Assembly: GCA_000320545.1 (NCBI GenBank)
Contig: ADNK01002140.1
Span: forward strand, 1 to 64,000
DNA: 64,000 nt
Direction of reading: 5' to 3'
Source: Bigelowiella natans CCMP2755
Taxonomy: Eukaryota > Protista > Cercozoa
Under the pieces are notes generated by a model. The model was given only the letters and a program-made list of their open reading frames with translations. It was not told the DNA's origin and searched no databases. Within the stretch, counting starts at the first letter, position 1. Each line of letters starts with the position of its first letter. A program made the translations under genes and the position numbers. This document shows, piece by piece, positions 12,721-24,752 of this stretch.

Positions 12721-15088
12721 CCCTGTTTTGAATATATTTAACCAATATCAATCCCGTCACCATAGGTATACTGAAGTTGAGAGGAAGTACCTCGACCTCC
12801 AACTTCACTGTGCGAAATTGCAGGCAGAGCAAAAGAAGCTCCTCAACCAGGTAATTGAAGCCAAGGGCAACATCCGAGTGTTTTGTCGAGTCCGTCCCCT
12901 GAAGAAGAAGGAGAGTTCTGACGGATCCAGCATGAAGCTGCTAAACGATCAGGAACTGGTGATTAAGAACAATCTTTTTAAGTTCGACTCTGTATTTGGA
13001 GCAAAATCTACGCAGGAGGACATCTTCACAGAGACCAAGCCGTTTGTTCAGGCGTGTGTAGAGGGCTACAACGTTTGCATGTTCGCCTATGGCCAGACAG
13101 GTGCAGGGAAGACGTACACGATGGAAGGTACCCCTGAGAATCGCGGTATGAACTATCGTTGCACTGAAAAGCTCTTCGACATGATGGAAGAGCGCAAGAA
13201 CGTGTTCTCCTTCAAAGTGAGTGTCAGTATTGTCGAAATCTACATCGACAAGGTGCTAGACCTTCTTCTCTCGCCCGAGAAGTACAACACGCAGCAGAAG
13301 CTCAAGATCAAGCAGAATGCCGAATATGGAATGTACATCCCAGGGCTTACAGAGGTGGATGTGACGAGCTCCGAGGAGATCATGGAGCTCTTGCAGAAGC
13401 GCGCAGCCGTAAATCGACGCACAAACGCAACGAAGATGAACCAAGCAAGCTCTCGTTCCCACTGTGTGATGATGGTGGCGGTGGTAGCAACTAGGCTGAG
13501 CGATAACGTAAGAACAAGGGGCAAGATGATCATGGTAGATCTCGCCGGTTCTGAGCGAGTGAATCGCTCAGAAGTGACTGGAGAGCAGTTTAAGGAGGCC
13601 ACCGCCATCAATAAGTCGCTCAGTGCACTGGGAAATGTAATTTCATCTCTGCAACATAAGAACTCCCATATCCCGTATCGAGACTCGAAGCTCACGTATC
13701 TCCTCCAAGACACTCTAGGTGGACAGTCCAAATGCTTGATGTTCTGCCAAATTTCACCCGCAATGGCTGATGCCGGGGAGTCTCTCTGCACCCTAAAATT
13801 CGCCTCACGTGTGGCGTCTGTGGAACTCGGAGAGGCCAAGAAGAATGTGAAGGCTGCTGCTGTTAACAGCAAGGAGTTAGACAGGCTGAGACAAGCGAAT
13901 CGACAGATATCAATGGAGCTGGACACGTTCAAGCGGCAAAAGCAAAAAGCCAATAACTCGGTGCAGAAACTCGAGCAGGAGAAGCAGAGCTTGGAAATGA
14001 AAATAGATCGGCAGCAGTCTTCACTTAAGGCTAAAGACCGTGAGATGCAAGGGCTCAGGGAGAGCATGGCAAAGGCGGAGCAAAGGTATAGAATGCAGAC
14101 ACGAAGATCCCAAGATGCTAGAAAGAAGGAAGATGACAAGCACCAGCACCTCAAACAGATACGGGAGATAGAAATGAAGGCGGGTCGCGAGAAGAAAGAG
14201 CTGGCACGAAGTCTCGACGAGCACAAGCGTCAAATCATGGACCTCGAGAAGCAACTGGACGTAAAGAGCAAGAAGTGCGAATCACTCAAGTCACAAGTTC
14301 GCACCCTTCGTAAATCTAGCACCTCGCTGGGTTCATTATCTTATAAACGACGAGAGAGCACCTCGGAAATGCGTGCTCCCTCTTCGTCTTCGATCTCCCA
14401 CAAGTGTGGCGGAAGTGGAGGAGGACTAGGAGGAGGAGGAGGAGTCGCCACAATAGAGGAGAGCAACAGTCCTCCCCAAACACCTGCTCGCCCTGTCCTC
14501 CATCAAGTTCGGTCCATCAATGGAGGGGCGCAATCTTCAGCAGTACACAGCATCACGAAGCAGCGGCGTGAGTGGACGGGCTCTCTATTCGGAAAGGGCA
14601 CTCCTGCCGCATCTAGAATGAGAGCGAGGATGATCAAGAGATCCTCCTCTCCCTCACAAAAGATCAAAAATAGCAGTAAAAAACTACATGGTGCCAGCAG
14701 CAGCTCGACCTCTGAAATGACGATAGACGATGGCGTGTCAAAGGAGAACATCAGCGTCAGCAAAGAGAACGTGGGAGGCAATAATAATAATAATAAAAAT
14801 AATACAGGGGGAACTGCTGGGGATGTAGCCTCCTCTAAACCTTCTACCACCACCAATACCAATACTGCAAAGCCAACGAAGAAGCGCGTCCGTTTTAACG
14901 CATCAGTAGAATCGCGAACTATTTCTAGCAAGTCCTCATCAGCGTCAAGCAGGATGTCTGCCATTAGTCGCAGGATAAAGTCCAAGCGGGGTGCTACTAC
15001 CTCCTACCTGAGTCAAGGAGCCAAGAGAATGACTGTAAGAAAGTCCACTAAGAGGGGTGCGAATAAGGTTGGGTGGAACAAGTTCTAA
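11462..15088 (+). CDS. Kinesin-14 with N-terminal calponin-homology domain (KCH-like)
   Basis: CH-like N-terminus (DWILDVLG...LKEGALLIDLVN...ENTNKFL), coiled coil, kinesin-14 neck KGNIRVFCRVRP, P-loop GQTGAGKT, SSRSH, DLAGSE and HIPYRDSKLT, then a second coiled coil and basic tail. Introns at ~12000-12094 and ~12599-12765. Confidence 0.93.
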
Positions 15089-15702
15089 ACTGCAATCAGC
15101 AACAGTTGGAACTGTTCAGCTGCCTTCATCGCAACTAATACTAATGAACGCCTGACTTCTAAGGCTTCCCCGATATCTACCTTCTTTTCACTTCTTCCTC
15201 CATTCTTACCCTGTCTCCCAAGAGTTACATTTTTTGAGCTGATGACTGTTTTAAGTTTCCTCCTAATCGTTGCTAAAAGGCAGTACGGTGCAAGTTGGTA
15301 AACTCTTGCGCATGAAATCACGAATTGTTGCACACGCTGGTGTTTTTTAATGTAATTTAATTTTACGTCACTGTTCGATCGTAAATCAAGCTTGCTTGTT
15401 CTAGTGATATGTGCGTACAGCATGCATTTTAGCGACTGCCTGTCCTAGTGTCGCCTAACTAGCTAATCACATGTTACGAGCATGCTAGCATGCATGCAAC
15501 TGGCCATGAAGTCATTGTGCCCATCATGAAACTTGCATGCGCGTACAGCTTGCACTAGCTAGCTAGTGCACAACATGGCACGCTAGCTAGCTAGCACACA
15601 CTAGACACACGCGGTCTGCTAGCTAGCTGGTGTGGCGAGACCTAGCTAGCTAGCTAGCTAGAGACCTACGATCATGATAGACATGCAATACATTGTATAT
15701 AT

Positions 15703-15736
<34 letters not shown>

Positions 15737-15739
<3 letters not shown>

Positions 15740-16290
15740 ATTGCTAGATTGGATTCCTCCCAACATCACAGATCACTGGCATCAAACTGAAACTTCCAAG
15801 CATTGCTACATCATGGATGCGCGCCATCTGTGCTAGTGTGGAGTGGGCAATCTTGGAAAATTCATGTTGTCACGTGGACAATGTAATGAGACTGATGCCA
15901 CATGCATCGCATGTGGCGTCCTGAAGGACATGCTAGCATGGATCATCTCCTGCAATGTCCAACACATGCAGCATGGTCAACAACAAATCAGATTGAGCAA
16001 TCAAATGAGCGCAATCATGAATCGCAACGACGAGACGAACTGCTAGACTGGCTGACAAAGGCTGAAAAAGATTCAAGAACTGTTGCGCGCAATGCGTGTC
16101 ATCATCGGTCGAAAGAGGATGCTTTCACATGCATGAAACAACTTTGTGGCAGAAACCAACAGGCACAACATCAGCGCTGTAGCCGCTGCATTGCTAGATT
16201 GCACAGCTACATCAGGATGACCATTGAAAAAATTTAATTTGTTCATTACATCCGTCTCATATACATTACATTGCACATTATATACATTAT
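15737..16290 (+). mobile_element. Decayed, 5'-truncated non-LTR retrotransposon (LINE ORF2 C-terminal CCHC knuckle, 3' UTR hairpin and short tail)
   Basis: After deleting three 8-bp CTAG+duplication inserts the frame reads HIGFLPTSQITGIKLKLPSIATSWMRAICGVGNLGKFMLSRGQCNETDATCIACGVLKDMDHLLQCPTHAAW (C-x2-C-x7-H-x3-C). It is followed by ...WLTK, the conserved hairpin at 16205-16260 and a tacat-rich tail. Confidence 0.7.
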
Positions 16291-17491
16291 ATATATGTTG
16301 TATTGCTGTCTGTGACATGTCTAGCTGTGTCTACTATCATGATCCTACGATCTAGCGATGCACCTAAATGACATACTAGCACAGCTAGCTAGAAGATAGA
16401 TTTGTGCAAACGAAGCTAGAAAGCTAGAAAGCAAGAACATTCTAGCATTGTTGTCTAGCTAGCTAGTATGCTAGCATGCCAGCTAGCCAGACACTAGGAC
16501 ATATAGACAGCTAGATTGGCACTACTAGCGACTACGCTAGCTAGCTCTAGAGCTAGCTAGTGCATCGATCGACACAATGCATGCAATCTGGTCGCGCGCA
16601 TGCCATCTGCTAGCTAGCTAGCTCCGACACAGCTAGCTAGCCAGACAGCTGCATTGCGCACACCTAGCTAGCTAGCTAGACACGCTAGCACGTCTGGACG
16701 TGGCCACACATTCACACCATCGCACGCACCGCTCTAGCACTTCTAGACTTGCCCGCTAGGACTAGCTAGCCTGCTAGCCTGGCTAGCTAGCTAGCTAGTG
16801 CTAGAAGACTGCGCAACACATCTGGACATGCTAGCATGATGGGGGCTTGCTAGCTAGCTAGAGCTGTTCTAGCTGTTGCCTGAAATGCCTAGTTAAAAAT
16901 GCACGCGCACACAGCGCTTTTTCTAGTTGAGAGAGCGCGCACGTCGCTTGATCTCTAGACCTAGTGTTGCAAAGAATGCGCAAACATTGGTCATGGCACT
17001 AATTGAGACTGGATGCGATTACACTAGAACACTCTAGCACTGTGCTGTGTGTCAATTTAGCTAGAGATACATCACCACGCGCGCGCGTCTAGGCGTGCGA
17101 ACACAAGCACACCACATACTATAATAGCAAACATCTCCACATTTGAGACATGCATGCGCGTGCAGCCTCCCGACTAGCCAAGGACAAACATAATTAATGA
17201 TGATCACGATGATGATGAATCATATTTCGATATCAAAGTATTAAAGTCCATGCTACCGATGAACTAATAGATATTGCTCATCCTTGATGAAGATGCTGAA
17301 ATATCTAAATCGACGATACATTGTTGGCTGGAGCGATAGATTCGCATAAAACAGCTTAGCAAAGAGCACCAAATAATGGTGGGCAACTTTTGAAATTGCG
17401 CTCCTATAACTGAATGGTTGGAACACACTTGCCACTGAGTAAGATGAGGCCATTATGAGATAGAGGAGAGGAGAGGCAACGTCTCATTTTG

Positions 17492-18108
17492 TTAATGAGC
17501 AGCCTCACTTTTTCTTTGCGATTTTGGGTTTAAAGAGGGAGCAGATGAGCCTGGCATCATTTGGCTTGGGCTGGGCATACTCCCCCCCATTGGAAATCCA
17601 CCTTGAGGAGCGGCACCACCCATTGAATAGCCAGGAAAGCCACCACTAAGAGGGCCCATTTGGAAGCCAGAGCCACCACCACCGCTAGGAGGGGGGGGAG
17701 GTCCCATTTGGAAACCACCAGGAATGCCGGGAATGCCCATCGTTTGAAACCCAGGAGGAGGAGGGGAAGGAGGAGCGGGAGGGCCAGAAGAACTGCTTGA
17801 AGGAGAACCCATTTGGAAGCCGGAAGGAGCTGCCCCCCCTGATGGAATTGGAGATGGAAATCCATTCGTTGGTAGCCCCATTTGACCTATGACATTAGTG
17901 ATGTTCGGCAGGTCTGATCCTACTCCTCCCCCTCCAGTGAAACCTGGTAGCAGCCCTGTGGTTGTTCCGCCAAACCCAGCAGCAGGGATCAGTCCGCCAA
18001 GTCCAAACGGTGGTGGTGGTGATGATGATGGTGATGATGGTGATGACGCCGACAGTGGATAAGAGAACGGGAAGCTCAGACCTCCTGAAGGGGGGGAGGG
18101 GTATTAGC

Positions 18109-18148
<40 letters not shown>

Positions 18149-18165
18149 GCGAGCGAGCGTGTGTT

Positions 18166-18220
<55 letters not shown>

Positions 18221-21200
18221 TATACCGGGTTTAAAAAGAAACATCACACATAAATACACACGTGTCACCAACATGTTTATGAAATTGCCTTCAAACATCA
18301 TCTTCAAATGATGTATGGAGCAGCGGCAGCAGGAAGGCAGTCATGCTCATTACACCACGCAAGTCATCGTTCTCAACATAGTAACGATTATATAATGATA
18401 ATAATAATAATAATAATACAATGATAAGCATCATCGTCACAATCATACCTTGAGGTGCAGCTCCTTGTTGAGGGGGGGCATTTGCACCAGCAGCAGATGG
18501 AGAGTCGTCCTTAGAATGAGAACCAGAACTGTTTTCATGGCCCTCTTTCCCCTATTCATGGCAAAAGAAGTGGTGGTAGTTGTAGTAGTAGTAGTAGTAG
18601 TAGTTGTAGCAACCACGTCAGAGTTCAGACGATGTACTTTGTTTCACGTTTTTCCACAACAGTAAAGACATGGCGGTGACCTCCTAGTCACACTCCCCTA
18701 TCTATAACACATATCCTTCTAGTAGAATCATCTTCTTCCTCATCCCTAACGTCATGGTAGCAGGGGAGAAGAGCTAGTCACTCGCTCGAGAATTTACTAG
18801 CAAAGGTACAAACCTTAGCTTTTGCTGCCGATTCCTTCACCCGCTCTTGTTCTTTGGCCTTCTTTGACACCTTCCCATCTAATCCAATGTAGCTCAGGAA
18901 AGTCGAAAACAGCGATGTAGATGATGATGATGATGATGATGATTTCCGTGAAGCTGCAGCAGGTTGTCCACCAGGTTGCTGTCCTCCTCCAGGGATAAAT
19001 TGAGAGAAGTTAAACATCTGAGATTGGCCTCCTCCTGCTTCATTGGAGGGAGGGAGGGAGGGAGGGAGGGAGGGAGGGAAGGGGAGAGAGAGAGAACGAG
19101 AGGAAGGAAGTAAAAGAGAGAAAGAGAGTGAGTTTGGTGTTAGCTGCTGCAATCCGCACACAACAAACAAAGATGCATTACTAGATCTATATTATTATCT
19201 ATAGATAAATGAGATGGGAAATAATTGATAACGCCGGGCAGCGGACTGGTAAGCACGCATTTGCTAATGAGCTATTACGTATCAGAATATAGGCAGCAAT
19301 GCAACAGCATTGTGCTTAACTGGTTGATAAATAACGGATGTAGTAGCATTTGTGCTATATTGATGTTGTGTTCAATAGTGTTATTATCAAAGTAAATACA
19401 TACAATTATGGCCACCACTAATCTACTTTCAAGGCAATACAAAGAATAACAGTATCTGGGTTAAGTTCATCGCTCATCGTCTGTCAGTTGGCATCATCTG
19501 GTCATTTTTCAGCCCCCCTCGCTCCTTCTTCCTCCCTCTTCATACCTGGAAATCCTGCCCCTCCCCCAGAAGCTGAAGGAGCACCGTTTGTCGTCGGTGT
19601 AGGGGGGATGAACTGAGAGAAGTTAAACATGCCTCCAGGAATGTACTGGCTAAAATTAAACATCCCCCCTCCAGATTGAGGGGATGACGGAGGAGGCATT
19701 GATGTGGCAGGTGATGATGAGCCAGGAGCAGCACCATCTCCACCCATATACTGAGCATAAGCAGCAGGAATACCACTTCCAATGCTAGGTGATGATGACG
19801 ACGATGATGAGCCAGTAGCAGCACCAGCAGCACCCATGTACTGAGCATAAGCAGCAGGAATACCACTTCCAATGCTAGGTGATGATGATGACGATGATGA
19901 GCCAGGAGCAGCACCAGCAGCACCCATATACTGAGCATAAGCAGCAGGAATACCACTTCCAATGCTAGGTGATGATGATGACGATGATGAGCCAGGAGCA
20001 GCACCAGCAGCACCCATGTACTGAGCATAGGCAGCAGGAATACCACTTCCAATGCTAGGTGATGATGATGACGATGATGAGCCAGGAGCAGCACCAGCAG
20101 CACCCATGTACTGAGCATAGGCAGCAGGAATACCGTAGCCACTTCCAGAAGGAGAAGCAGCAGAAGGGTATCCTCCACTAGGGATTAAGCCAGTAGATGC
20201 TGATTGAGAAGGGGGAGAGGAGGAGGAGGAGCGTGTGTCGTGCTGCCCTTTACGTGCTTTCTCAATAGCGAAGGCCATTGCAATAGGTTGGGGTTTAGAA
20301 GAACTAGGAATATATTTGCTGTAGTCAAAGGTGCTGCTGTTGCTGCTACCGCTGTCAGCAGAAGGCTGGCCGCTACTTGCTGGGATGAATTTGGAGAAGT
20401 TGAAACCTCCACTTCCGCCTTGTCCTTGCATATACCTAAAGAAGAAGGGCATAAGAGAGAAGAAATGGTGGTGGATCATCATGGTCAAACAGCTCCATGT
20501 GTTGATGTAATCATCAGAGCTTCTCCTTTCTTCCACCAAAGGTTTTAATGTAGGAATGTTGTTTATGTGTGGGTGTATAATGCAGGTACATCGCGTGCAC
20601 GTACTTGGAGAAATTGAAGCTGGTGCTGTCACCTCCTCCAGCACCACCAGCACTTGGGGGAGGGGCTCCTGTTTGAGGACCAAAGTCAGCCCCAGGTGGG
20701 CCGTAGCCGCTACGCGACGTGTATACCGCGCATTTCAGACCCTTCGTTGGACCATCCACACACCCTTGGCATAGAGCACAAGTTCTCAAATTTGTCAGAG
20801 AAGTATCGTTCTTCGGGCCTTTCAGACAATCCATAGCCGTGATGCCGGCCGTCTCGTTGATACCGTAGGAGAGGCAAGAAAGAGGGCCTTGGTTTGTGCT
20901 GCCGGGACCCTGTCTCATCGATGCACCCATAGCTGAGGTCTCAGAAAAGCATTTCATTTGGATGCATACATCTGGACGGCTGACGAGAGCTGATGATTTT
21001 TCTTTCTTAGCCGCCGTCGTCCCTTTGTTGTCGGTGGTAGTAGTAGCGGGTGATTTCTTCGACGACGGATGAGAGGCTTTCTTCTCTCTAGCCGCAGCGA
21101 AGAATTCCATCGCACCCTTTGAGGGGCAATTGTAGGCCGCTGGATTGGCGCCAGAGATGCAGCCGTTGCACACAGCACACTTGCATACACTGCTGCCAGT

Positions 21201-21912
21201 GATGTTTTGCTTCTTTGCGAAGTGGACACATGCTGCGATCTCTTGGTTGAGCCAGGCAGTCGGTTTGGACGAACAGTAATGGTCATAGCATTTTACAGAC
21301 TTCTCTACCTCATTAATAAAGTCAACTGCACTCTGTTTAGAGGAGGCAATGCCAGCCTGTGCACCTGCCGAGACCCCTTCAACGGCCCTTCTAGCTTCCT
21401 CCCAAGGGTCGGATGCATTCGCAGGCTGATTGATGATGATGATGATGATGATATAAATCAGCGAAGAGAAGCGGGATAACTTGCGAGTCGTGGGAAGATA
21501 GACAGTGGTGACATTGTGAAACTCTCTAAGAGACAGTAGAATCACCTTTGTCGCTTCGAACGATGGTTGGAGACCGTCGGAGCTACGATCTGCCAGAGCT
21601 CCAAGCAGCACGACGCTCACCTAATAGTTGCATTTTGAATGGGGAAACAAAACAACATCATCGACTACGCTTCGTCAAGTTAGGAATCTACCAACATGAG
21701 TATCAAATCTCCGTAGTTGATGATGGTGACAAGCAACGAGGAACAGGAATGTGACGGTAGTGTACCATTGAGGTGGCAACGAGCACCATAAGACTCCTTC
21801 TTGGGGACCCAGCAATATGAAGAGCTTTTCTCACAAGATAAGACGGAGATTCCATGATGGAATCGAATTCCGTGGAGCTGAAGAGGCCACGAGGGGGGTC
21901 GCGGATGTCCAT
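17492..21912 (-). CDS. Putative secreted or membrane-anchored Cys-rich plus Gly/Ser/Pro low-complexity repeat protein (~950 aa)
   Basis: Hydrophobic segment SLMVLVATSM-VSVVLLGALA across intron 1, two CxxCxxC-containing modules, recurrent FNFS(K/Q)(Y/F)IP motifs, five YAQYMG repeats and a C-terminal GFQMG-type repeat region. About 8 in-frame GT-AG exons. Confidence 0.75.
19711..20134 (-). repeat. Coding tandem repeat, 90-bp unit x ~4.7 (PAAYAQYMGAAGAAPGSSSSSSSPSIGSGI)
   Basis: cacccat(a/g)tactgagcata recurs at 19741, 19831, 19921, 20011 and 20101. Confidence 0.95.
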
Positions 21913-23009
21913 CACAGCTTGCTTGGATCCTCCTTTCTGGACTCACTGCTCTCGAAAATGCTCACTTCGGAAGGAATCTGGTAGTCGTTTGGTAGAGAAT
22001 GAAGCGCATTTTGTCTTTGAGTATTCAAGTACGATTCAATTTCGAATCCCAAATCACACTCTACAGACCAAGTTTGGAGATGTTTAGATAGCGAGTCTCC
22101 TATGTTTTTATTCATAAATTGCTTTCCATGCTCACTGGAGTATGAGAATGACTGTATTTTCCAATTTATTTATGGTATCATGTGACTATGCTAAGTCTCA
22201 TAAAATAGTAGTTAGATTCAGATTTCTACGATGACAAAGAATATATATATATTTTAGGATTGTACGACAGCGAATATGCAAAGTTGTTTACAAAATTTAA
22301 AGAAAATATGGATGGTTTTTGAATATAACAGTGAAATCTAAGTCTTATTCTCTTTTTTGGTGAAATCGGGATAATACGACCTGGTATACTCATCAATGGC
22401 CGTGTATAGGGCAATGTACTCAGGCCAATTGTAGTTCATATTACCATGGGATATCATACCAATGACACCGAAATATTTATACAATAAATCATTCCATTTG
22501 TCGTTGTGCCAAATGACGCAATCTGTACAGTAATTGATGCAATTTTTTAAAGCTGAGGAATGAATTCCCGGAAAAAATAAATATCCAGAGCATACCCTAA
22601 TTTGGTTTGGATGCTCTTTTTGTCGTGTGTGCTATCGGGGATTTTCAGCATTTCGACGGAGAAATATCTCGGCTGATTTTGCTGCTAGTAGTACCGAAGT
22701 GGCCGTACAATTGCACTCAGAGGGCGTTTTTGTAGCTCCGACACATTGAGATAGTAGTCGCGAATGAGAATACGAATTGGATGTATTCGGATAATTATCT
22801 TACAGGCCCTGTACTGTAGTTCGACTACCTGCCTGTGCGTTGTGAATGGGTCCGAGCACCTAACGACAACAAGCCGGTTAACTACTCTTCTGCTGTAGGT
22901 ACTTGCCAATTCATCGATACCAATTCCATTTCTAACTTCGTTCTTTTCTCTCACCCTCTGTTGCCTCCACTGTTCTGGCAACGCACCTAGAACCGTCCCG
23001 AGAATCAGC

Positions 23010-24752
23010 ATGGAAGCAAAGCTCGCCAAACAGGACCCGGCAGAGAAAGCCAAAAGAGCAAAGGTTCTACAAACGCATTCACTTGTTGAATAATTCGATA
23101 TATGCACACAAATATGCATTTGTGCACGCACGTGCAGACCAAACACACACACACACACAATCATAAAACTGAAGGACAAAATGATATCGGAGCTCGTTAG
23201 AATGAAGAGTTGCCTTTCAAATCCGATTATCTGTGTCACATTTACTTATTTGCTTATTTACCACTAGGCTGCCGACGGGAGAATATATTTTAGTTACGCC
23301 CAAATTCACGAGGCGGTGTCCTCATGCGTACCAAAAGTCAAGGTGGCGACTACTTTTGCGTTCTTCCACTCACTTCACTATACTTCGAGCTTCTAACCAC
23401 GTTCGAAAAATTTTCAGGCTTTCAACCCGGACGTAATCATAGCGATTGGCGGCGGGGGCTTTATCCCTGCACGAATGCTGAGAACTGAAGTTCGCGTTCC
23501 AATCTTGGCGGTGTCGTTAAAATTGTACGACCACGAGACAGATCAAATGCAAAGCAAAGTTGTTAAGGTCGTCGATATTGATACTGCAGCATCTTTCAAA
23601 CCGATTCGTTCTTGTTATCTCCTCTCTCAATTTTCTAAAAAGTAAATCCACTCAGACACAATGGTTCGATGAGACCTCAGAGGAGGGAAAAAAGGTTCGT
23701 GGGAAGCGAGTCTTAATCGTGGACGAAGTAGACGATACCCGTAAGGTCATATTTAATTTCCTGGAAGGAGGAGGTCGCAATGTCTGTTCGGAGGACTTTC
23801 CTATGGACCATTGGGCATGTGTACATGCATTACAAAATATGCTGGCAAGCGTTCTTAAAGTTTGTGTTTGCAGACGTTAAAATTCTGCGTCGATGAAGTC
23901 AAGAAGACAAACGCACCCAGTGCCATTGCCGTTTTGGTACGTGCTAATCAACCACCTTATATAATCATAGCATAAATAATAGGAGTATTGTGCGAGCGCA
24001 TATATCTGAATGGATGCTATCGCATGGAATTTTTATTCGACTCAAGGTTGTTCATAACAAGCTGAAGAAGAAACTAGCAGAGCTACCCAAAGATGTGGTA
24101 CGAGAGAGAAGTTTAGACCAGTACAATTTTTTTTCCACGTTCATGCAAAAACCTTAAAACTCGAATCCCATTTTTACACTGGACGCACGTGTATTAGCTG
24201 GAAAATACAAAAGAAGCACAGATGCATGCATACGAGAACATATTGCTGTTCCTTAGGTTTACATTGCTGCCGAAAATGTGCCCGACAACTGGAATTGGTA
24301 TAAGCACAGATAACATAGATCGGTGATAATAATATGGGAAGGATAAATGGGAAAAGGCTCTCCTCTGTTGCGATATGAAAGATTTTTTAGTGGGTGCATT
24401 AATTAAGAGACGGCGCATTGTTTGAGGCTACTAGCATGGACTCATCAAATGCAAAAAAGACAGAAATAACCCCATTTTGTTGCACTACCGAGCCATTTCC
24501 TTTACAGAATGTTGCCCTCTTCAGAAAACTAACATTCTATCTATTCTCAGTTATCCATGGGATGCTGCTAAGTATGACGGAAGAAGCATATATGAGCATG
24601 AGGATTTGGCCCGACAATGTCTTGTAAGTGGTAACAAAGGAGAGAAAGATATTGTTGAAATGGAGAAGAAGCTCCAGAAAATGAAAATTCAGTACGATAA
24701 CCTGAGCGCAGAGCTGGAGCGATGCAAAAAAAACGCCGGAGGATCTGCTTAG
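23010..24752 (+). CDS. Hypoxanthine/xanthine phosphoribosyltransferase (yeast HPT1/XPT1-like type I PRTase)
   Basis: FNPDVIIAIGGGGFIPARMLRT, PRPP-binding loop VLIVDEVDDTRKTL, VVHNKLKKK and NWNCYPWD across 8 exons. Confidence 0.9.

Noticed and set aside
13240-14226. 328-aa antisense ORF (also 14503-14985 and 37270-37617)
   Set aside because: Shadow frames opposite the kinesin and MCM4 coding exons, with no motifs.
16205-16260. Hairpin element as a SECIS (ATGA...AA...GA)
   Set aside because: Stem geometry does not fit, orientation relative to adjacent genes varies, and no neighbouring gene needs an in-frame TGA.
16170-16450. Helitron 3' ends (hairpin plus CTAG)
   Set aside because: Helitrons make no target duplication, and the CTAGs are not at a fixed distance from a GC-rich hairpin.
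15420-17180. CTAG excess explained only by deamination of CCGG (RIP-like point mutation)
   Set aside because: Substitution cannot produce identical flanking 4-mers or the 8-bp frameshifts in the LINE relic.
19711-20134. Regularly spaced repeats as a CRISPR array
   Set aside because: No unique spacers; it is an in-frame 90-bp coding repeat in a spliced gene.
17492-21912. Repeat protein as a pyrenoid Rubisco linker
   Set aside because: The sequence after the hydrophobic segment is acidic rather than transit-peptide-like, and the Cys-rich modules suggest the secretory pathway. Not excluded, but unsupported.
22685-23239. 184-aa minus-strand ORF
   Set aside because: Overlaps the PRTase first exon, intron and promoter in antisense, with no motif.
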